This document shows positions 41,250-59,200 of a DNA stretch of 64,000 nt, in pieces; positions within the stretch are counted from its first letter, which is position 1; each line of letters opens with the position of its first letter. The stretch is from Eledone cirrhosa (Eukaryota): contig OZ024740.1 of the NCBI GenBank assembly GCA_964016885.1, positions 167,896,001 through 167,960,000 of the forward strand. Reading direction: 5' to 3'. The notes beneath the pieces are model-generated. The model saw nothing but the letters and a program-made list of their open reading frames with translations. It was not told the DNA's origin and searched no databases. The position numbers were made by a program, and so were the translations under genes.

Positions 41250-44200
41250 GCAACACCACTATCACAAAACCAACACTATCACCAACAACACCACTAACAC
41301 AAAACCAACACTATCACCAACACCACCGCTATCACTAAACCAACACTATCACTAACACCACCGCTATCACTAAACCAACACTATCACCAACACCACCGCT
41401 ATCACAAAACCAACACTATCACCAACACCACCACTAACACAAAACCAGCACTATCACCAACAACTCCACTATCACTAAACCAACACTATCACCAACACCA
41501 GCACTATCACTAAACCAACACTATCACCAACACCACCACTAACACAAAACCAGCACTATCACCAACAACTCCACTATCACTAAACCAACACTATCACCAA
41601 CACCAGCACTATCACTAAACCAACACTATCACCAACAACACCACTAACACAAAACCAACACTATCACCAACACCACCGCTATCACTAAACCAACACTATC
41701 ACCAACCCCACCGCTATCACAAAACCAACACTACCACCAACACCACCGCTATCACAAAACCACTACTATCACCAACAACACCACTAACACAATACCAACA
41801 CTATCACCAACAACACCACTAACACAAAACCAACACTATCACCAACAACACCACTAACACAAAACCAACACTATCACCAACAACACCACTAACACAAAAC
41901 CAACACTATCACCAACAACACCGCTAACACAAAACCAACACTATCACCAACACCACCGCTATCACTAAACCAACACTATCACCAACACCACCGCTATCAC
42001 TAAATCAACACTATCACGAACACCACCGCTATCACAAAACCAACACTATCACCAACACCTCCACTAATACAAAACCAGCACTATCACCAACAACTCCACT
42101 ATCACTAAACCAACACTATCACCAACACCAGCACTATCATTAAACCAACACTATCACCAACAACACCACTAACACAAAACCAACACTATCACCAACACCA
42201 CCGCTATCACTAAACCAACACTATCACCAACCCCACCGCTATCACAAAACCAAGACTACCACCAACACCACCGCTATCACAAAACCACTACTATCACCAA
42301 CAACACCACTAACACAAAACCAACACTATCACCAACAACACCACTAACACAAAACCAACACTATCACCAACACCACCACTATCACAAAACCAACACTATC
42401 ACCAACACCACCGCTATCACAAAACCAACACTGTCACCAACACCACCGCTATCACAAAACCAACACTATCACCAACACCACCACTAACATAAAACCAGCA
42501 CTATCACCAACAACTCCACTATCACTAAACCAGCACTATCACTAAACCAACACTATCACCAACACCACCACTAACACAAAACCAGCACTATCACCAACAA
42601 CCCCACTATCACTAAACCAACACTATCACCAACACCAGCACTATCACTAAACCAACACTATCACCAACAACACCACTAACACAAGACCAACACTATCACC
42701 AACAACACCACTAACACAAAACCAACACTATCACCAACAACACCACTAACACAAAACCAACACTATCACCAACAACACCGCTAACACAAAACCAACACTA
42801 TCACCAACACCACCGCTATCACTAAACCAACACTATCACCAACACCACCGCTATCACTAAACCAACACTATCACGAACACCACCGCTATCACAAAACCAA
42901 CACTATCACCAACACCTCCACTAACACAAAACCAGTACTATCACCAACAACTCCACTATCACTAAACCAACACTATCACCAACACCAGCACTATCACTAA
43001 ACCAACACTATCACCAACGACACCACTAACACAAAACCAACACTATCACCAACACCACCGCTATCACTAAACCAACACTATCACCAACCCCACCGCTATC
43101 ACAAAACCAACACTACCACCAACACCACCGCTATCACAAAACCACTACTATCACCAACAACACCACTAACACAATACCAACACTATCACCAACAACACCA
43201 CTAACACAAAACCAACACTATCACCAACAACACCACTAACACAAAACCAACACTATCACCAACAACACCACTAACACAAAACCAACACTATCACCAACAA
43301 CACCGCTAACACAAAACCAACACTATCACCAACACCACCGCTATCACTAAACCAACACTATCACGAACACCACCGCTATCACAAAACCAACACTATCACC
43401 AACACCTCCACTAACACAAAACCAGAACTATCACCAACAACTCCACTATCACTAAACCAACACTATCACCAACACCAGCACTATCACTAAACCAACACTA
43501 TCACCAACAACACCACTAACACAAAACCAACACTATCACCAACACCACCGCTATCACTAAACCAACACTATCACCAACACCACCGCTATCACAAAACCAA
43601 CACTATCACCAACAACACCACTATCACTAAACCAACACTATCACCAACACCACCGCTATCACAAAACCAACACTATCACCAACAACACCACTATCACTAA
43701 ACCAACACTATCACCAACACCACCACTATCACTAAACCAACACTATCACCATCACCACCAAACCAACGATATCACCAACACCACCGCTATCACTAAACCA
43801 ACACTATCAGCTACAACACCGCTATCACAAAACCACTACTATCACAAACAGCACCACTAACACAAAACCAACACTATCACCAACAACACCACTATCACAA
43901 AACCAGCACTATCACCAACAACACCACTAACACAAAACCAACACTATCACCAACAACACCACTATCACAAAACCAACACTATCACCAACACCACCGCTAT
44001 CACTAAACCAACACTATCATCAACAACACCACTATCACAAAACCAACACTATCACCAACAACACGACCATAACTAAACCAACACTATCACAAACACCACC
44101 GCTATCACAAAACCAACACTATCACCAACACCACCGCTATCACAAAACCAACACTATCACCAACAACACCACTATCACTAAACCAACACTATCACCAACA

Positions 44201-47200
44201 CCACCGCTATCTCAAAACCAACACTATCACCAACACCACCACTATCACTAAACCAACACTATCACCAACACCACCAATATCACAAAACCAACACTATCAC
44301 CAACACCACCACTATCACTAAACCAACACTATCACCAACACCACGGCTATCACAAAACCAACACTGTCACCAACACCACCGCTATCACTAAACCAACACT
44401 CTCACCAACAACACCACCATCACTAAACCAACACTATCACCAACAGCACCACTATCACAAAAACCAACACTATCACCAACAACACCACTATCACAAAACC
44501 AACACTAACACCAACACCACCGCTATCACAAAACCAACACTATCACCAACACCACAGCTATCACTAAACCAACACTATCACCAACACCACCATCACTAAA
44601 CAAACACTATCACCAATACCACTGCTATCACAAAACCAACAGTATCACCAACAACACCACGATCACAAAACCAACACTGTCACCAACACCACCGCTATCA
44701 CTAAACCAACACTCTCACCAACAACACCACCATCACTAAACCAACACTATCACCAACAGCACCACTATCACAAAAACCAACACTATCACCAACAACACCA
44801 CTATCACAAAACCAACACTAACACCAACACAACCGCTATCACAAAACCAACACTATCACCAACACCACAGCTATCACTAAACCAACACTATCACCAACAC
44901 CACCATCACTAAACAAACACTATCACCAATACCACTGCTATCACAAAACCAACAGTATCACCAACAACACCACGATCACTAAACCAAAACTGTCACCAAC
45001 AGCACCACTATCACAAAACCAACACTATCACCAACAACACCACTATCACAAAACCAACACTATAACCAACACCATCGCTATCACTAAACCAACACTATCA
45101 CCAACAACACCACCATCACTAAACCAACACTATTACCAACAACACCACTATCACAAAACCGACACTATCAGCAACAACACCACTATCACAAAACCAACAC
45201 TATCACCAACACCACCGCTATCACTAAACCAACACTATCACCAACACCACCGCTATCACTAAATCAACACTATCACGAACACCACCGCTATCACAAAACC
45301 AACACTATCACCAACACCTCCACTAATACAAAACCAGCACTATCACCAACAACTCCACTATCACTAAACCAACACTATCACCAACACCAGCACTATCATT
45401 AAACCAACACTATCACCAACAACACCACTAACACAAAACCAACACTATCACCAACACCACCGCTATCACTAAACCAACACTATCACCAACCCCACCGCTA
45501 TCACAAAACCAAGACTACCACCAACACCACCGCTATCACAAAACCACTACTATCACCAACAACACCACTAACACAATACCAACACTATCACCAACAACAC
45601 CACTAACACAAAACCAACACTATCAGCAACAACACCACTAACACAAAACCAACACTATCACCAACAACACCACTAACACAAAACCAACACTATCACCAAC
45701 AACACCGCTAACACAAAACCAACACTATCACCAACACCACCGCTATCACTAAACTAACACTATCACCAACACCACCGCTATCACTAAACCAACACTATCA
45801 CGAACACCACCGCTATCACAAAACCAACACTATCACCAACACCTCCACTAACACAAAACCAGCACTATCACCAACAACTCCACTATCACTAAACCAACAC
45901 TATCACCAACACCAGCACTATCACTAAACCAACACTATCACCAACAACACCACTAACACAAAACCAACACTATCACCAACACCACCGCTATCACTAAACC
46001 AACACTATCACCAACACCACCGCTATCACTAAACCAACACTATCACCAAAACCACCGCTATCACAAAACCAACACTATCACCAACACCACCGCTATCACA
46101 AAACCACTACTATCACCAACAACACCACTAACACAAAACCAACACTATCACCAACAACACCACTAACACAAAACCAACACTATCACCAACACCACCACTA
46201 TCACAAAACCAACACTATCACCAACACCACCGCTATCACAAAACCAACACTGTCACCAACACCACCGCTATCACAAAACCAACACTATCACCAACACCAC
46301 CACTAACATAAAACCAGCACTATCACCAACAACTCCACTATCACTAAACCAGCACTATCACTAAACCAACACTATCACCAACACCACCACTAACACAAAA
46401 CCAGCACTATCACCAACAACCCCACTATCACTAAACCAACACTATCACCAACACCAGCACTATCACTAAACCAACACTATCACCAACAACACCACTAACA
46501 CAAGACCAACACTATCACCAACAACACCACTAACACAAAACCAACACTATCACCAACAACACCACTAACACAAAACCAACACTATCACCAACAACACCGC
46601 TAACACAAAACCAACACTATCACCAACACCACCGCTATCACTAAACCAACACTATCACCAACACCACCGCTATCACTAAACCAACACTATCACGAACACC
46701 ACCGCTATCACAAAACCAACACTATCACCAACACCTCCACTAACACAAACCCAGTACTATCACCAACAACTCCACTATCACTAAACCAACACTATCAGCA
46801 ACACCAGCACTATCACTAAACCAACACTATCACCAACGACACCACTAACACAAAACCAACACTATCACCAACACCACCGCTATCACTAAACCAACACTAT
46901 CACCAACCCCACCGCTATCACAAAACCAACACTACCACCAACACCACCGCTATCACAAAACCACTACTATCACCAACAACACCACTAACACAATACCAAC
47001 ACTATCACCAACAACACCACTAACACAAAACCAACACTATCACCAACAACACCACTAACACAAAACCAACACTATCACCAACAACACCACTAACACAAAA
47101 CCAACACTATCACCAACAACACCGCTAACACAAAACCAACACTATCACCAACACCACCGCTATCACTAAACCAACACTATCACGAACACCACCGCTATCA

Positions 47201-50200
47201 CAAAACCAACACTATCACCAACACCTCCACTAACACAAAACCAGAACTATCACCAACAACTCCACTATCACTAAACCAACACTATCACCAACACCAGCAC
47301 TATCACTAAACCAACACTATCACCAACAACACCACTAACACAAAACCAACACTATCACCAACACCACCGCTATCACTAAACCAACACTATCACCAACACC
47401 ACCGCTATCACAAAACCAACACTATCACCAACAACACCACTATCACTAAACCAACACTATCACCAACACCACCGCTATCACAAAACCAACACTATCACCA
47501 ACAACACCACTATCACTAAATCAACACTATCACCAACACCACCACTATCACTAAACCAACACTATCACCATCACCACCAAACCAACGATATCACCAACAC
47601 CACCGCTATCACTAAACCAACACTATCAGCTACAACACCGCTATCACAAAACCACTACTATCACAAACAGCACCACTAACACAAAACCAACACTATCACC
47701 AACAACACCACTATCACAAAACCAGCACTATCACCAACAACACCACTAACACAAAACCAACACTATCACCAACAACACCACTATCACAAAACCAACACTA
47801 TCACCAACACCACCGCTATCACTAAACCAACACTATCACCAACAACACCACTATCACAAAACCAACACTATCACCAACAACACGACCATAACTAAACCAA
47901 CACTATCACAAACACCACCGCTATCACAAAACCAACACTATCACCAACACCACCGCTATCACAAAACCAACACTATCACCAACAACACCACTATCACTAA
48001 ACCAACACTATCACCAACACCACCGCTATCTCAAAACCAACACTATCACCAACACCACCACTATCACTAAACCAACACTATCACCAACACCAGCAATATC
48101 ACAAAACCAACACTATCACCAACACCACCACTATCACTAAACCAACACTATCACCAACACCACGGCTATCACAAAACCAACACTGTCACCAACACCACCG
48201 CTATCACTAAACCAACACTCTCACCAACAACACCACCATCACTAAACCAACACTATCACCAACAGCACCACTATCACAAAAACCAACACTATCACCAACA
48301 ACACCACTATCACAAAACCAACACTAACACCAACACCACCGCTATCACAAAACCAACACTATCACCAACACCACAGCTATCACTAAACCAACACTATCAC
48401 CAACACCACCATCACTAAACAAACACTATCACCAATACCACTGCTATCACAAAACCAACAGTATCACCAACAACACCACGATCACTAAACCAAAACTGTC
48501 ACCAACAGCACCACTATCACAAAACCAACACTATCACCAACAACACCACTATCATAAAACCAAAACTATAACCAACACCATCGCTATCACTAAACCAACA
48601 CTATCACCAACAACACCACCATCACTAAACCAACACTATTACCAACAACACCACTATCACAAAACCGACACTATCAGCAACAACACCACTATCACAAAAC
48701 CAACACTATCACCAACACCATCGCTATCACTAAACCAACACTATCACCAACAACACCACCATCACTAAACCAACACTATCACCAACAACACCACTATCAC
48801 AAAACCAACACTATCACCAACAACACCACCATCACTAAGCCAACACTATCACCAACACCACCACTATCACAAAACCAACACTATCACCAACAACACCGCT
48901 ATCACAAAACCAACACTATCGCCAACACCACCGCTATCACTAAACCAACACTAACACCAACAACACCACTATCACTAAACCAACACTATCACCAACACCA
49001 CAGCTATCACTAAACCAACACTATCACCAACACCACCATCACTAAACCAACACTATCACCAACACCACCACTATCACAAGACCAACACTATCACCAACAA
49101 CACCACTATCACAAAACCAACACTATCACCAACACCACCAATATCACTAAACCAACACTATCACCAACACCACCGCAATCACAAAACCAACACTATCACC
49201 AACAACACCACTATCACAAAACCAACACAATCACCAACACCACCACTAACACAAAACCAACATTATCACCAACAACACCACTATCACAAAACCAACACTA
49301 TCAGCAACAAGACCACTATCACAAAACCAACACTATCACCAACAACACAGCTATCACTAAACCAACACTATCGCCAACACCACCGCTATCACAAAACCAA
49401 CACTATCACCAACAACACCACTATCACAAAACCAACACTATCACCAACAACACAGCTATCACTAAACCAACACTATCACCAACACCAGTGCTATCACTAA
49501 ACCAACACTATCACCAACACCACCATCACTAGACCAACACTATCACCAACACCACCACTATCACAAAACCAACACTATCACCAACAACACCGCTATCACA
49601 AACCAACACTATCACCAACAACACCACTATCACAAAACCAACACTATCACCAACACCACCGCTATCACTAAACCAACACTATCACCAACAACATCACCAT
49701 CACTAAACCAACACTATCACCAACACCACCGCTATCACAAAACCAACACTATCATCAACAACACCACTATCACAAAACCAACACTATCACCAACAACACC
49801 ACTATCACAAAACCAACACTATCACCAACAACACCACTATCACAAAACCAACACTATCACCAACAACACCACTATCACAAAACCAACACTATCACCAACA
49901 ACACCACCATCACTAAACCAACACTATCACCAACACCACCGCTATCACAAAACCAACACTATCATCAACAACACCACTATCACAAAACCAACACTATCAC
50001 CAACAACACCACTATCACAAAACCAACACTATCACCAACAACACCACTATCACAAAACCAACACTATCACCAACACCACCGCTATCACAAAACCAACACT
50101 ATCACCAACAACACCACCATCACTAAACCAACACTATCACCAACACCACCGCTATCACAAAACCAACACTATCACCAACACCACCGTTATCACTAAACCA

Positions 50201-53200
50201 ACACTATCACCAACACCACCATCACTAAACCAACACTATCACCGACACCACCGCTATCACTAACAACACTACCAACACCACCGCTATCACAAAACCAACA
50301 CTATCACCAACAACACCACTATCACTAAACCAACATTATCACCAACACCACCGTTATCACTAAACCAACACTATCACCAACACCACCACTATCACTAAAC
50401 CAACACTATCACCAACACCAGCACTATCACTAAACCAACACTATCACCAACAACACCACTAACACAAAACCAGCACTATCACCAACACCACCGCTATCAC
50501 TAAACCAACACTATCACCAACACCACCGCTATCACTAAACCAACACTATCACCAAAACCACCGCTATCACAAAACCAACACTATCGCCAACACCACCGCT
50601 ATCACAAAACCACTACTATCACCAACAACACCACTAACACAAAACCAACACTATCACCAACAACACCACTAACACAAAACCAACACTATCACCAACACCA
50701 CCACTATCACAAAACCAACACTATCACCAACACCACCGCTATCACAAAACCAACACTGTCACCAACACCACCGCTATCACAAAACCAACACTATCACCAA
50801 CACCACCACTAACATAAAACCAGCACTATCACCAACAACTCCACTATCACTAAACCAGCACTATCACTAAACCAACACTATCACCAACACCACCACTAAC
50901 ACAAAACCAGCACTATCACCAACAACCCCACTATCACTAAACCAACACTATCACCAACACCAGCACTATCACTAAACCAACACTATCACCAACAACACCA
51001 CTAACACAAGACCAACACTATCACCAACAACACCACTAACACAAAACCAACACTATCACCAACAACACCACTAACACAAAACCAACACTATCACCAACAA
51101 CACCGCTAACACAAAACCAACACTATCACCAACACCACCGCTATCACTAAACCAACACTATCACCAACACCACCGCTATCACTAAACCAACACTATCACG
51201 AACACCACCGCTATCACAAAACCAACACTATCACCAACACCTCCACTAACACAAAACCAGTACTATCACCAACAACTCCACTATCACTAAACCAACACTA
51301 TCACCAACACCAGCACTATCACTAAACCAACACTATCACCAACGACACCACTAACACAAAACCAACACTATCACCAACACCACCGCTATCACTAAACCAA
51401 CACTATCACCAACCCCACCGCTATCACAAAACCAACACTACCACCAACACCACCGCTATCACAAAACCACTACTATCACCAACAACACCACTAACACAAT
51501 ACCAACACTATCACCAACAACACCACTAACACAAAACCAACACTATCACCAACAACACCACTAACACAAAACCAACACTATCACCAACAACACCACTAAC
51601 ACAAAACCAACACTATCACCAACAACACCGCTAACACAAAACCAACACTATCACCAACACCACCGCTATCACTAAACCAACACTATCACGAACACCACCG
51701 CTATCACAAAACCAACACTATCACCAACACCTCCACTAACACAAAACCAGAACTATCACCAACAACTCCACTATCACTAAACCAACACTATCACCAACAC
51801 CAGCACTATCACTAAACCAACACTATCACCAACAACACCACTAACACAAAACCAACACTATCACCAACACCACCGCTATCACTAAACCAACACTATCACC
51901 AACACCACCGCTATCACAAAACCAACACTATCACCAACAACACCACTATCACTAAACCAACACTATCACCAACACCACCGCTATCACAAAACCAACACTA
52001 TCACCAACAACACCACTATCACTAAACCAACACTATCACCAACACCACCACTATCACTAAACCAACACTATCACCATCACCACCAAACCAACGATATCAC
52101 CAACACCACCGCTATCACTAAACCAACACTATCAGCTACAACACCGCTATCACAAAACCACTACTATCACAAACAGCACCACTAACACAAAACCAACACT
52201 ATCACCAACAACACCACTATCACAAAACCAGCACTATCACCAACAACACCACTAACACAAAACCAACACTATCACCAACAACACCACTATCACAAAACCA
52301 ACACTATCACCAACATCACCGCTATCACTAAACCAACACTATCACCAACAACACCACTATCACAAAACCAACACTATCACCAACAACACGACCATAACTA
52401 AACCAACACTATCACAAACACCACCGCTATCACAAAACCAACACTATCACCAACACCACCGCTATCACAAAACCAACACTATCACCAACAACACCACTAT
52501 CACTAAACCAACACTATCACCAACACCACCGCTATCTCAAAACCAACACTATCACCAACACCACCACTATCACTAAACCAACACTATCACCAACACCACC
52601 AATATCACAAAACCAACACTATCACCAACACCACCACTATCACTAAACCAACACTATCACCAACACCACGGCTATCACAAAACCAACACTATCACCAACA
52701 CCACCGCTATCACTAAACCAACACTCTCACCAACAACACCACCATCACTAAACCAACACTATCACCAACAGCACCACTATCACAAAAACCAACACTATCA
52801 CCAACAACACCACTATCACAAAACCAACACTAACACCAACACCACCGCTATCACAATACCAACACTATCACCAACACCACAGCTATCACTAAACCAACAC
52901 TATCACCAACACCACCATCACTAAACAAACACTATCACCAATACCACTGCTATCACAAAACCAAAAGTATCACCAACAACACCACGATCACTAAACCAAA
53001 ACTGTCACCAACAGCACCACTATCACAAAACCAACACTATCACCAACAACACCACTATCACAAAACCAAAACTATAACCAACACCATTGCTATCACTAAA
53101 CCAACACTATCACCAACAACACCACCATCACTAAACCAACACTATTACCAACAACACCACTATCACAAAACCGACACTATCAGCAACAACACCACTATCA

Positions 53201-56200
53201 CAAAACCAACACTATCACCAACACCATCGCTATCACTAAACCAACACTATCACCAACAACACCACCATCACTAAACCAACACTATCACCAACAACACCAC
53301 TATCACAAAACCAACACTATCACCAACAACACCACCATCACTAAGCCAACACTATCACCAACACCACGACTATCACAAAACCAACACTATCACCAACAAC
53401 ACCGCTATCACAAAACCAACACTATCGCCAACACCACCGCTATCACTAAACCAACACTAACACCAACAGCACCACTATCACTAAACCAACACTATCACCA
53501 ACACCACAGCTATCACTAAACCAACACTATCACCAACACCACCATCACTAAACCAACACTATCACCAACACCACCACTATCACAAGACCAACACTATCAC
53601 CAACAACACCACTATCACAAAACCAACACTATCACCAACACCACCAATATCACTAAACCAACACTATCACCAACACCACCGCAATCACAAAACCAACACT
53701 ATCACCAACAACACCACTATCACAAAACCAACACAATCACCAACACCACCACTAACACAAAACCAACATTATCACCAACAACACCACTATCACAAAACCA
53801 ACACTATCAGCAACAAGACCACTATCACAAAACCAACACTATCACCAACAACACAGCTATCACTAAACCAACACTATCGCCAACACCACCGCTATCACAA
53901 AACCAACACTATCACCAACAACACCACTATCACAAAACCAACACTATCACCAACAACACAGCTATCACTAAACCAACACTATCACCAACACCAGTGCTAT
54001 CACTAAACCAACACTATCACCAACACCACCATCACTAGACCAACACTATCACCAACACCACCACTATCACAAAACCAACACTATCACCAACAACACCGCT
54101 ATCACAAACCAACACTATCACCAACAACACCACTATCACAAAACCAACACTATCACCAACACCACCGCTATCACTAAACCAACACTATCACCAACAACAT
54201 CACCATCACTAAACCAACACTATCACCAACACCACCGCTATCACAAACCAACACTATCACCAACAACACCACTATCACAAAACCAACACTATCACCAACA
54301 CCACCAATATCACTAAACCAACACTATCACCAACACCACCGCAATCACAAAACCAACACTATCACCAACAACACCACTATCACAAAACCAACACAATCAC
54401 CAACACCACCACTAACACAAAACCAACATTATCACCAACAACACCACTATCACAAAACCAACACTATCAGCAACAAGACCACTATCACAAAACCAACACT
54501 ATCACCAACAACACAGCTATCACTAAACCAACACTATCGCCAACACCACCGCTATCACAAAACCAACACTATCACCAACAACACCACTATCACAAAACCA
54601 ACACTATCACCAACAACACAGCTATCACTAAACCAACACTATCACCAACACCAGTGCTATCACTAAACCAACACTATCACCAACACCACCATCACTAGAC
54701 CAACACTATCACCAACACCACCACTATCACAAAACCAACACTATCACCAACAACACCGCTATCACAAACCAACACTATCACCAACAACACCACTATCACA
54801 AAACCAACACTATCACCAACACCACCGCTATCACTAAACCAACACTATCACCAACAACATCACCATCACTAAACCAACACTATCACCAACACCACCGCTA
54901 TCACAAAACCAACACTATCATCAACAACACCACTATCACAAAACCAACACTATCACCAACAACACCACTATCACAAAACCAACACTATCACCAACAACAC
55001 CACTATCACAAAACCAACACTATCACCAACAACACCACTATCACAAAACCAACACTATCACCAACAACACCACCATCACTAAACCAACACTATCACCAAC
55101 ACCACCGCTATCACAAAACCAACACTATCACCAACACCACCGCTATCACAAAACCAACACTATCACCAACAACACCACCATCACTAAACCAACACTATCA
55201 CCAACACCACCGCTATCACAAAACCAACACTATCACCAACACCACCGTTATCACTAAACCAACACTATCACCAACACCACCACCATCACTAGACCAACAC
55301 TATCACCAACACCACCACTATCACAAAACCAACACTATCACCAACAACACCACTATCACTAAACCAACATTATCACCAACACCACCGTTATCACTAAACC
55401 AACACTATCACCAACACCACCACTATCACTAAACCAACACTATCACCAACACCACCACTATCACTAAACCAATACTATCACCAACAACACCACTATCACT
55501 AAACCAACACTATCACCAACACCACCGCTATCTCAAAACCAACACTATCACCAACACCACCACTATCACTAAACCAACACTATCACCAACACCACCACTA
55601 TCACTAAACCAACACTATCACCAACACCACCGCTATCACAAAACCAACACTATCACCAACACCACCGCTATCACTAAACCAACACTATCACCAACAACAC
55701 CACCATCACTAAACCAACACTATCACCAACAGCACCACTATCACAAAACCAACACTATCACCAACAACACCACTATCACAAAACCAAGACTAACACCAAC
55801 ACCACCGCTATCACAAAACCAACACTATCACCAACACCACAGCTATCACTAAACCAACACTATCACCAACACCACCATCACTAAACAAACACTATCACCA
55901 ACACCACCGCTATCACAAAACCAACAGTATCACCAACAACACCACCATCACTAAGCCAACACTATCACCAACAGCACCACTATCACAAAACCAAAACTAT
56001 CACCAACAACACCACTATCACAAAACCAACACTATCACCAACACCATCGCTATCACTAAACCAACACTATCACCAACAACACCACCATCACTAAACCAAC
56101 ACTATCAGCAACAACACCACTATCACAAAACCAACACTATCACCAACACCACCGCTATCACTAAACCAACACTATCACCAACAACACCACTATCACAAAA

Positions 56201-59200
56201 CCAACACTATCACCAACAACACCACCATCACTAAGCCAACACTATCACCAACACCACCACTATCACAAAACCAACACTATCACCAACAACACCGCTATCA
56301 CAAAACCAACACTATCGCCAACACCACCGCTATCACTAAACCAACACTATCATCAACAACAACACTATCACTAAACCAACACTATCACCAACACCACAGC
56401 TATCACTAAACCAACACTATCACCAACACCACCATCACTAAACCAACACTATCACCAACACCACCACTATCACAAGACCAACATTATTACCAACAACACC
56501 ACTATCACAAAACCAACACTATCACCAACACCACCACCATCACAAAACCAACACTATCACCAACAACACAACTATCACTAAACCAACACTATCACCAACA
56601 CCAGTGCTATCACTAAACCAACACTATCACCAACACCACCATCACTAGACCAACACTATCACCAACACCACCACTATCACAAAACCAACACTATCACCAA
56701 CAACACCGCTATCACAAACCAACACTATCACCAACAACACCACTATCACAAAACCAACACTATCACCAACACCACCGCTATCACTAAACCAACACTATCA
56801 CCAACAACACCACCATCACTAAACCAACACTATCACCAACACCACCGCTATCACAAAACCAACACTATCACCAACAACACCACTATCACAAAACCAGCAC
56901 TATCACCAACAACACCACTATCACAAAATCAACACTATCACCAACAACACCACTATCACAAAACCAACACTATCACCAACAACACAGCTATCACTAAACC
57001 AACACTATCACCAACACCACCGCTATCTCAAAACCAACACTATCACCAACACCACCACTATCACTAAACCAACACTATCACCAACACCACCACTATCACA
57101 AAACCAACACTATCACCAACACCACCACTATCACTAAACCAACACTATCACCAACACCACGGCTATCACAAAACCAACACTATCACCAACACCACCGCTA
57201 TCACTAAACCAACACTCTCACCAACAACACCACCATCATTAAACCAACACTATCACCAACAGCACCACTATCACAAAACCAACACTATTACCAACAACAA
57301 GACTATCACAAAACCAACACTAACACCAACACCACCGCTATCACAAAACCAACACTATCACCAACACCACAGCTATCACTAAACCAACACTATCACCAAC
57401 ACCACCATCACTAAACCAACACTATCACCAATACCACCGCTATCACAAAACCAACAGTATCACCAACAACACCACCATCACTAAACCAAAACTATCACCA
57501 ACAGCACCACTATCACACAACCAACACTATTACCAACAACACCACTATCACAAAACCAACACTATCACCAACACCATCGCTATCACTAAACCAACACTAT
57601 CACCAACAACACCACCATCACTAAACCAACACTATCACCAACAACACCACTATCACAAAACCAACACTATCAGCAACAACACCACTATCACAAAACCAAC
57701 ACTATCAGCAACACCATCGCTATCACTAAACCAACACTATCACCAACAACACCACCATCACTAAACCAACACTATCACCAACAACACCACTATCACAAAA
57801 CCAACACTATCACCAACAACACCACCATCACTAAACCAACACTATCACCAACACCACCATCACTAAACCAACACTATCACCAACACCACCACTATCACAA
57901 AACCAACACTATCACCAACACCACCACTATCACTAAACCAACACTATCACCAACACCACCGCAATCACAAAACCAACACTATCACCAACAACACAGCTAT
58001 CACTAAACCAACACTATCACCAACACCACCGCTATCACAAAACCAACACTATCACCAACAACACCACTATCACAAAACCAACACTATCACCAACAACACA
58101 GCTATCACTAAACCAACATTATCACCAACACCACCATCACTAGACCAACACTATCACCAACACCACCACTATCACAAAACCTACACTATCACCAACAACA
58201 CCGCTATCACAAACCAACACTATCACCAACAACACCACTATCACAAAACCAACACTATCACCAACACCACCGCTATCACTAAACCAACACTATCACCAAC
58301 AACACCACCATCACTAAACCAACACTATCACCAACACCACCGCTATCACAAAACCAACACTATCATCAACAACACCACTATCACAAAACCAACACTATCA
58401 CCAACAACACCACTATCACAAAACCAACACTATCACCAACAACACCACTATCACAAAACCAACACTATCACCAACAACACCACTATCACAAAACCAACAC
58501 TATCACCAACAACACCACCATCACTAAACCAACACAATCACCAACACCACCGCTATCACAAAACCAACACTATCACCAACACCACCGCTATCACAAAACC
58601 AACACTATCACCAACAACACCACCATCACTAAACCAACACTATCACCAACACCACCGCTATCACTAAACCAACACTATCACCAACACCACCGTTATCACT
58701 AAACCAACACTATCACCAACACCACCATCACTAAACCAACACTATCACCAACACCACCGCTATCACAAAACCAACACTATCACCAACACCACCGCTATCA
58801 CAAAACCAACACTATCACCAACAACACCACTATCACTAAACCAACACTATCACCAACACCACCGTTATCACTAAACCAACACTATCACCAACACCACCAC
58901 TATCACTAAACCAACACTATCACCAACACCACCACTATCACTAAACCAATACTATCACCAACAACACCACTATCACTAAACCAACACTATCACCAACACC
59001 ACCGCTATCTCAAAACCAACACTATCACCAACACCACCACTATCACTATACCAACACTATCACCAACACCACCACTATCACTAAACCAACACTATCAACA
59101 ACACCACCGATATCACAAAACCAACACTATCACCAACACCACCGCTATCACTAAACCAACACTATCACCAACAACACCACCATCACTAAACCAACACTAT

